Part shown: positions 57,679-64,000 of the stretch, one piece after another
Numbering within the stretch: position 1 is the first letter of the stretch
Layout of the letters: every line of letters starts with the position of its first letter
Virus record (IMG/VR): IMGVR_UViG_3300050011_000393
Span: 32,668 to 96,667 of that record
Length of the DNA: 64,000 bases
Source: a virus
Reading direction: 5' to 3' (one strand)
The notes under the pieces: model-generated
Databases searched by the model: none
Told to the model about the DNA's origin: nothing
Seen by the model: the letters and a program-made list of their open reading frames with translations, nothing else
Position numbers and translations under genes: made by a program

Positions 57679-57874
57679 CGCCATGACAACAAACGCCACA
57701 CATACCGCTATTCGAACCACGATCACGGCTTCGCCGACAATCAGCGGAGTCGCAAAACCCATTACCGTCAGCCTTAGCGGCCAGGCCACAGTATCTGGCG
57801 CGGTTATGGTCTCGAACCGAACACCAAATAACGGCGCAAAATAAAATCGCCGTATCGCAGGGAGCAGCCTGGTC

Positions 57875-59782
57875 ATGTCTGAACAATTTCCAGTCGACGA
57901 AATTTTATTGGCAAACTATCGCAAGTCGGTGGACCTGACAAACTTCCCCCGTGGATTTTTGAAATGGTTCGAAGGCGCAACTGCGAATGAACGTACTGAC
58001 TGGTTCAAGGGCCGTTTTCGTTGCCTGAAATACCACCTCTATCTCAGCGGATTCGCTGAAGCTACGAAGCCCGGTGATCCTGACCTGCCCAAAGAATATG
58101 TTCCGATCCTCGGAATGGATTTCCAGCCTGACCCGCACTCCAGACTATTTTCTTGTTTCTTGCAGAAGAAGCCAGGCGAGAATCTTGTTCTGACCGACCT
58201 CGACACCCAGACGAAGAAACGCATGATTCTTTGGCCTCGAGGGCTTTTCAAAACCTCTGCGGTCAGGGTTGATATCGTTCAGCTCATTCTGAACTATCCC
58301 GACGTCCGTATATGCTTTTTGACTGGTTCGGATAAACTCGCGAAGAAACAACTGGGAGCGATCAAACGGTTTTTTGAGAGCCCGACGAAATTGTTTAAAT
58401 GGCTCTTCCCTGAATTTTGTACGCGCAGTGTGCGGAATAAAAAAGTCAAAGACGAGACCGCGCCAGGTGCATGGACGGACGAGATATGCAAGTTGGGCAA
58501 CGCATACCAGTTCACTGTTCCGTGTCGTACAACAGAAATTTTCGCCGAACCCACCTTCGTTATTTCGACTGCACGATCAGTCAAGGCTGGGTCCCACTTC
58601 GATGTCATCTACATTGACGACCTCGTGAACGAAACGAACTACCGCAAGGCAGAAGCCCTAGAAAAATGTTACGACGACTATATCGATATCTGCCCGATTC
58701 TTGAGCCGTTTGGATTCATCGTCGTGACCGGGACGCGGTACTCTTTCGGCGATACTTACGAGCGCATTCAAGACGACGCCAAAAAAGAAATGAAGGAAAT
58801 GGGCAGATCGATCTGGAAGTTTTTCATTCGAGATTGCTGGAGTCATGGGTGCCAGAACTGCGCGCACACGAATGTCTACCACGACTTTGATGTGAATATC
58901 CTCCAACCTCCATGTATTGAGCCCGGGTGTAAATGCATAGGTTACCAGGATCGCGGAAACAAGGACGTACTGTTCCCTGAGACGCGCACGCACTCGGGCC
59001 GCCAGATTGGCCATACCCTGGCTTTGTTGAACCAGAAACTGATTGAGTCCAGTCCTGAGTTTTTTGCCAACCAATACGAGAACAAGCCTATCGCCACGGG
59101 CACGCAAACTTTCGACGACGTGTTGATCGGACGACAGACTCTCCATAGCCTTTCGCTGATTCCTGCTGAGGGCTCGGGAACCACATTTGTTGTGGGAGAC
59201 CTAGCATATGTCGGTCAACCAGGCAGAGACTATTCTGTGATTTTTGTGTGCAGGGTATTTCGCGGGCAGATTTTTATTATTGACTGCCGATTCGGTAACT
59301 GGGACTCAGCTCAAATTGCGGAGCAGACCGTCAAGGTGCTTCTCGACCATCGGCCCAACATAATTTATTATGAAAAATTTAATGGTTGGGAGGCGTATAA
59401 CAACGTCATCGCCGCCCTTGCTGCTGCTCGCGGCCTTTTGAAGGTCCCGATTCAATGGGAGAAGGGGTCTCAGGCGAACAACGCGAAACTGACTCGCATC
59501 GGGTCTGTTAAAGGGCCCCTCTCCGCACGCCGTTTATGGATTTATGGAGGCATTCCGGGGTATGACATTCTCGTTCAACAGTTGGTCAAGTGGCCGAAGC
59601 TGGGCCGCCACGACGATTTTGCTGATTGCGCGGGCATGGTTGTCTCCGTGCCGTCGGGATACCAGTTAGAAAACCCACCTGCGCCGCCTTCGGTGACCAG
59701 TTGGTTGCAGAAATTGCACCAAACGACCCCTACCGAGGACCAGTATTACGATACGGGCTGCGGAACGGGCTTTTGTGGTTGA
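57875..59782 (+). CDS. terL: terminase large subunit
   Basis: PRGLFKTS Walker A variant, G.HFDVIYIDDLV Walker B, GTRY, F..QY.N.P, GDLAY..DYS, HDD..D. Confidence 0.92.
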   Translation: MSEQFPVDEILLANYRKSVDLTNFPRGFLKWFEGATANERTDWFKGRFRCLKYHLYLSGFAEATKPGDPDLPKEYVPILGMDFQPDPHSRLFSCFLQKKPGENLVLTDLDTQTKKRMILWPRGLFKTSAVRVDIVQLILNYPDVRICFLTGSDKLAKKQLGAIKRFFESPTKLFKWLFPEFCTRSVRNKKVKDETAPGAWTDEICKLGNAYQFTVPCRTTEIFAEPTFVISTARSVKAGSHFDVIYIDDLVNETNYRKAEALEKCYDDYIDICPILEPFGFIVVTGTRYSFGDTYERIQDDAKKEMKEMGRSIWKFFIRDCWSHGCQNCAHTNVYHDFDVNILQPPCIEPGCKCIGYQDRGNKDVLFPETRTHSGRQIGHTLALLNQKLIESSPEFFANQYENKPIATGTQTFDDVLIGRQTLHSLSLIPAEGSGTTFVVGDLAYVGQPGRDYSVIFVCRVFRGQIFIIDCRFGNWDSAQIAEQTVKVLLDHRPNIIYYEKFNGWEAYNNVIAALAAARGLLKVPIQWEKGSQANNAKLTRIGSVKGPLSARRLWIYGGIPGYDILVQQLVKWPKLGRHDDFADCAGMVVSVPSGYQLENPPAPPSVTSWLQKLHQTTPTEDQYYDTGCGTGFCG

Positions 59783-59787
59783 AATAA

Positions 59788-59806
59788 GACTTCTCTTTTC
59801 ATAAGT
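59788..59806 (+). promoter_or_regulatory. late motif GACT-N8-CATAAGT
   Basis: GACTTCTCTTTTCATAAGT. Confidence 0.75.
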
Positions 59807-59816
59807 AGAGACCATT

Positions 59817-62042
59817 ATGGCTGATGAGCAAACAAAAGGTATTACTGCGACTAGTCATTTCGAGGATTTAGGGCAGATTCGCGTCCTCGACTTGCCTGGA
59901 GCCGTGCCTTACGGCGAACTCGCGCTTCCAATAGGCCCGACCGAAGTCGCTTTTGACGATCAACTGCGCTCTGATTTATCGATGATGAAGGAGGCTAACC
60001 TCAACAGGGAAGAATCCGAAACATTTATCGCGACCCGGGGGTTAATCGGCCGATGGAATGTCGCAGAATTGATGCTGCGTGCTTGGGTTGAGCCCGTCAA
60101 GTGGAAGGGTAGTGATCAATTTCGCTCCCACCTCGGCGTGCCGCTCGTCGCGGAGCAATTTTACAGCATTCACAGCGTCGTGAACCAGACACTCTTCGGC
60201 GGATACCGGGTTTTTAAAATCGATCCCACATCCGGCACAGAATTGAACTGCGCACTGGCTCAAGAATCGATTCTGACCGCGCAATTAAAGACCTGCGGCT
60301 ACAAAGGCGTCTCGGCCAAGACTGAGATGCGGGAAATTACCTACGACGGACTCTTTTATGGGTTCGGTGTGGCGCATTATGGATGGGAAACCAAGAAAGA
60401 AAACATTCTTAAGAAGGTTCAGAAGTCCCATCCGACAACAACTGTGGTCAACGGCCTGACTGTCACGATTCCTGTCGAAGACGAAGACAATATCGAGGAA
60501 AAAGTCATCGGAGTTCGTGAAGTCAACATGCCAAAGCTGGAGCATGTTCCAATTCGTCGGTTCCGATACGCCCCTGACCTCCGCCGCGGCGATCCGCGTG
60601 TCGCTGAATGGTGCGGTCGCATTATTTATTTGACAGGCTATCAAATCGACTCCATGCGGAACACCGCAGGATGGAATATTCCAACTCGCGCGCAGATTGT
60701 CGCGCTCACGACCCCGCAAATGCAGACGAATGCGGCGACGAATCCCCTAGAGACTCTAGGATCGAATACTGGCAATCCTATTTTCCAGCAAACGACCACG
60801 CCGCAGAAGGCATATCCTGAAAATTACACTGAGCGCACCGCGCATGACCCCTTGATGCGCAAATTTGAATGTTTCGATTACTGGACCGGGTCACGCCATG
60901 CAATTATTCTGGGCAAAGAGTACTGCTTGCTGAACGAACCGCATAATTTCAAGCGGCCTCCGTTCCTAGGCTTCTGTTTCCGCAATGCACCTGACTCAGC
61001 GCATGGATATGGCATCGCGTATTGGTTGACGGACTTCCAACGCGTCTGCCAAGGCGTAATTAACGCATTTTTGGATGACATGAACTTGAATTTGATGGGG
61101 ACGTACACTTCGCCCGCAGGCACAAATAATTCCGCGCAGGCTCAGTGGATTTTTCCTGGGAAAGTCTTCAAATCCGACGCGCAGGGAAAAATCGAGCCTC
61201 TGACGCGCAATGCAGTCAACGCGCAAGAGCCATTGGCCGTCATTCAGCAAATGAAAGCATGGGCTTCCTCGATTTCAGGCGCGGGCATGAGTACTTTGGG
61301 CGGTAACCCGGGCGCAGCAGGGGATGTGCGCACGCCGGGCGGGGTTGCAGCGGCCACAGGCGGGGAATCTGTCAAGCTGCAGGACCTCGTCGACGTAATT
61401 TCCGAGCAGGTGTTCGTTCCCTTCTTGGAATTCTGCATCGAGCAAAATCAGAAGCTCAAGCCGTCGCAATTGCGCATGCTTCTGTCCGACACTCTCGGCA
61501 CCGCATTCGAAGCTACGCCTTTGAACGTCTTGAACGGAACCTACAAGGTTGATATCTCGGCCGGAACAAAACTCGCGGCGCGCGAAGCCTTGAATAAATA
61601 CATGAGCGTCATCGAGACCTTCCTGCAATCGCCAGGCACCGTGGAGATGCTCGCGCAACAAGCTATGAAGGTCGACTTCAATGCGATGTTTACGGCAATG
61701 TTTGATACCTACGGTGTACCGTTCAAGGAGAACGTGATCGTTGATCAGACTGATGAAGATAAGGCCCGCGTGGCCGCAAATACGCAGGCCGCCGCCGCGC
61801 AGGGCAAACTCGGCATCGTCAAGGCGCAAGGGGAGGTGAAGAAAGATGTAGATAATAACGCCGCAGAAAACAGGATGCTCGTGGAAACGGGAAAACATAC
61901 TCTTCGGCAACAAGGAGAGGCGGCAGGACACCAAAATGACCTAGAACTACAGCAAAAACAATTTGCTCAGACCCCCCAAGCACAGGGGTTAGACCGCGCG
62001 GCTAAGGGCGCGTTTGCCGCAGCGGATAAAAATAATTTTTAG
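59817..62042 (+). CDS. portal protein (P22/podovirus-like)
   Basis: Follows TerL; DGL.YG.GV...GW, P...HG.GI...L.D.Q...N..LD, PGKV motifs. Confidence 0.85.
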   Translation: MADEQTKGITATSHFEDLGQIRVLDLPGAVPYGELALPIGPTEVAFDDQLRSDLSMMKEANLNREESETFIATRGLIGRWNVAELMLRAWVEPVKWKGSDQFRSHLGVPLVAEQFYSIHSVVNQTLFGGYRVFKIDPTSGTELNCALAQESILTAQLKTCGYKGVSAKTEMREITYDGLFYGFGVAHYGWETKKENILKKVQKSHPTTTVVNGLTVTIPVEDEDNIEEKVIGVREVNMPKLEHVPIRRFRYAPDLRRGDPRVAEWCGRIIYLTGYQIDSMRNTAGWNIPTRAQIVALTTPQMQTNAATNPLETLGSNTGNPIFQQTTTPQKAYPENYTERTAHDPLMRKFECFDYWTGSRHAIILGKEYCLLNEPHNFKRPPFLGFCFRNAPDSAHGYGIAYWLTDFQRVCQGVINAFLDDMNLNLMGTYTSPAGTNNSAQAQWIFPGKVFKSDAQGKIEPLTRNAVNAQEPLAVIQQMKAWASSISGAGMSTLGGNPGAAGDVRTPGGVAAATGGESVKLQDLVDVISEQVFVPFLEFCIEQNQKLKPSQLRMLLSDTLGTAFEATPLNVLNGTYKVDISAGTKLAAREALNKYMSVIETFLQSPGTVEMLAQQAMKVDFNAMFTAMFDTYGVPFKENVIVDQTDEDKARVAANTQAAAAQGKLGIVKAQGEVKKDVDNNAAENRMLVETGKHTLRQQGEAAGHQNDLELQQKQFAQTPQAQGLDRAAKGAFAAADKNNF

Positions 62043-62080
62043 TTATTGACCTAAACACTTTGTTCTGGTATAGTTAAAGC

Positions 62081-62620
62081 ATGAAATTTTACTCTTATTT
62101 ATGGTTGAGAGATGATGGGTCCCCGTACTACGCCGGGAAAGGTTCGGGCAGGCGAGCGTTTCAAAGTCAAGGTCATTTAACTAAACGCCCAAAAAAGATA
62201 TCGAATATTTTAATATTTTATCATGTGACTGAAGTCGAATCATTTGCTTCAGAGGTAGCCTTTATTAAATGGTTTGGTCGCAAAGACCTAGGCACGGGGA
62301 TTCTGCGAAATTTTACCGATGGTGGAAATGATGGATATCATCGAGGGCCTTGGTCTGCAACACGAAAAGACGCCCAAGCGTCCCGCATCAAAAAGCAAGG
62401 GCTTGGTGGATGGAATAAAGGCATGCGGATGCCGACGACAGCCGAAAAAATGAAAGGGAACACGCATACTAAAGGAAAGCACACTCATTCCGCCGAAGGA
62501 AATCTTCGCATAAGCGAAGCCAAGAAAAATATCCCTTTATCCGCCGCACACAAAAAGGCATTGAAATTATCACATCGAACTTGTTCATGTCCACATCATG
62601 TTGCCGCAAGGAGCAAGTAA
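62081..62620 (+). CDS. GIY-YIG-like homing endonuclease
   Basis: Paralog of 45960..46535 (FYSYLWLR.DGSPYYAGKGSG.RA); own TTGACC..TATAGT promoter. Confidence 0.88.
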   Translation: MKFYSYLWLRDDGSPYYAGKGSGRRAFQSQGHLTKRPKKISNILIFYHVTEVESFASEVAFIKWFGRKDLGTGILRNFTDGGNDGYHRGPWSATRKDAQASRIKKQGLGGWNKGMRMPTTAEKMKGNTHTKGKHTHSAEGNLRISEAKKNIPLSAAHKKALKLSHRTCSCPHHVAARSK

Positions 62621-63015
62621 TGAGCGAACCAAACGTACTACCTTCTTCGGCGGTCATCGACCGAGCAAATCGTCTTATGGGCCTACGGGCCAATCCGGGC
62701 TTTCCTGACGCGTGGCAGATTTCAAAAGCCCTCGCAGACGAAGCAGGACACATCTCCATCACATATCCCGGTTGGGACCCCCAACAAATTATGGTGTTAA
62801 AGGCGCGCGCCCAGGCTGCGCTCGAGCATCATGAATTATTCTTCGCTAAAATCCAAGAAGTGATTCGCGCAGGTATCCAAGAACAAGCGGCCAGTCCTAC
62901 TCTGTCCGACAAAACTCCCGCCGAAGTGTTGGAGACTGGAGACTATGTCCGCCAAGAAGTTTTGGCTCATTTTGCCGAGATGGATAGCGAAGGTCGACTT
63001 CCTGGCACGTACTGA
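62620..63015 (+). CDS. small post-portal head assembly protein
   Basis: L...PG. helical pattern; position between portal and scaffold. Confidence 0.55.
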   Translation: MSEPNVLPSSAVIDRANRLMGLRANPGFPDAWQISKALADEAGHISITYPGWDPQQIMVLKARAQAALEHHELFFAKIQEVIRAGIQEQAASPTLSDKTPAEVLETGDYVRQEVLAHFAEMDSEGRLPGTY

Positions 63016-63017
63016 TG

Positions 63018-63055
63018 ACAACTTATTACAGAAACTGACTTACCATTCCATAAGT
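63018..63055 (+). promoter_or_regulatory. extended late motif
   Basis: ACAACTTATTACAGAAACTGACTTACCATTCCATAAGT. Confidence 0.75.
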
Positions 63056-63081
63056 GTAAACTACTTTCTAGGAGAATTTAA

Positions 63082-64000
63082 ATGAGCACCGAAACCGAAG
63101 CCCGCGTATTGCCTGAAGTTGCGATGAATGAGGCGTTGGCCAAAGCCATTCAAGAAGCCGTCAGTACTGCGGACGTGAAGAGTTTGTTGATCGCGGAAGC
63201 CGAGCGCCAGTTAGCAACCAAGACTGCGCTAGACGAAAGCCAGGCCGCCGCTGAGAAGGTTGCTGCGGACAAGATTATTGCCGACAAAGCTGCGGCCGAC
63301 GCTGCTGCAGTTGCCGCGCAAGTATTCACGCGCACCGAGGTTATCGGCGGGAAAAATCTCACTTTTACGGCGGGCTCGGACGCCGAACTGGACCGCGAAG
63401 TTCTCAACGCGTATAAGGTGGCCTATGCCTTGCGCGATCCTGAAGTTGCGGCTCCTGTCGTAGACACGCAAGCCGCCGCGCGCGCCGCTGAAGCTGAAGT
63501 GCTGGCGAAGACTGAACTCGAACGCAAATTTAAAGCGGGCGAAATTTCCGCCGCCGATTATATTCAAGAGTCGGGCGCAATGAATGCCTATCTCGAAAAG
63601 CAAGGAATCTCGGTTGCCGCCTTGAAAGAGACAGTCGACGCAACACAAAGCGCGAAGGTTACCAACTCATGGGCGCGCGCCGCAGAAACATTCAAGCAGA
63701 CTCCTGCTGGCGCAGACTGGCCAGGAGGAGAAAAGAATCAAGAATTGATTGGTTTGAAAATCGCAGCACTTGGATTAGCGGACGCGGAAGATAAAGTTGC
63801 GGCGTTGCACACGGCCTACGCCGAAATGAAGCGCACGGGTTTGTATTTCCCGCAAGGAGATACAGCGCCAGTAGCGGCTGCGACCGTCGCGGCTCCTGCC
63901 GCAGAGGTAACTGAAGCTGCGGTATTGGCCGCGCGTGTTGCTGCGGCAGCAAAAGTACAGTCCATGTCCTCTTCTGTGTTCGGAGCGAGCTCGGGTACAA
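63082..64000 (+). CDS. probable capsid scaffolding protein, 3'-truncated by window
   Basis: AGGAG RBS; MSTETEARVLPEV... A/E-rich helical frame open to window end; position after portal. Confidence 0.55.
   Translation, partial: MSTETEARVLPEVAMNEALAKAIQEAVSTADVKSLLIAEAERQLATKTALDESQAAAEKVAADKIIADKAAADAAAVAAQVFTRTEVIGGKNLTFTAGSDAELDREVLNAYKVAYALRDPEVAAPVVDTQAAARAAEAEVLAKTELERKFKAGEISAADYIQESGAMNAYLEKQGISVAALKETVDATQSAKVTNSWARAAETFKQTPAGADWPGGEKNQELIGLKIAALGLADAEDKVAALHTAYAEMKRTGLYFPQGDTAPVAAATVAAPAAEVTEAAVLAARVAAAAKVQSMSSSVFGASSGT

Noticed and set aside
137-63055. Repeated motifs as a CRISPR array
   Set aside because: Copies are dispersed kilobases apart, with no regular spacers and no cas genes

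Overview
The whole window is bacteriophage DNA, most likely a podovirus-type temperate dsDNA phage. An Acidobacteriota-like host is a weak inference from its Ig/FN3 surface domains. Layout: (1-22.3 kb, +) tail end of an endolysin, two glycosyltransferases, adaptor, tailspike/tail fibre, a very large nozzle-like protein, a GNAT-like protein and internal (ejection) virion proteins. (22.4-36 kb, mostly -) early/accessory region with a tandem sigma4-like HTH-NusG(NGN+KOW) fusion, an HExxH protease, a secreted Ig/FN3 cassette, a circularly permuted (two-piece) tmRNA, a KTSC protein, a short tyrosine recombinase, a lytic transglycosylase and tRNA-Ile(UAU). (36-46 kb, +) many small ORFs and a non-coding stretch that may be the genome end or origin. 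(46-64 kb, +) GroEL/GroES, TerS, an FN3-ice-binding (DUF3494) protein, virion decoration proteins, TerL, portal and a probable scaffold. At least seven free-standing homing endonucleases plus one remnant are present. Two motif families organise the genome: GACT-N8-CATAAGT (11 perfect copies, all intergenic on +, mostly upstream of late genes) and a GTAC-N4-GTAC operator at sigma70 early promoters. The most notable candidates for a new system are the HTH-HTH-NusG regulator with its bipartite late motif, and the phage-encoded two-piece tmRNA. No DNA replication genes or major capsid gene were recognised inside the window. All family calls are by eye from motifs, not from database searches.
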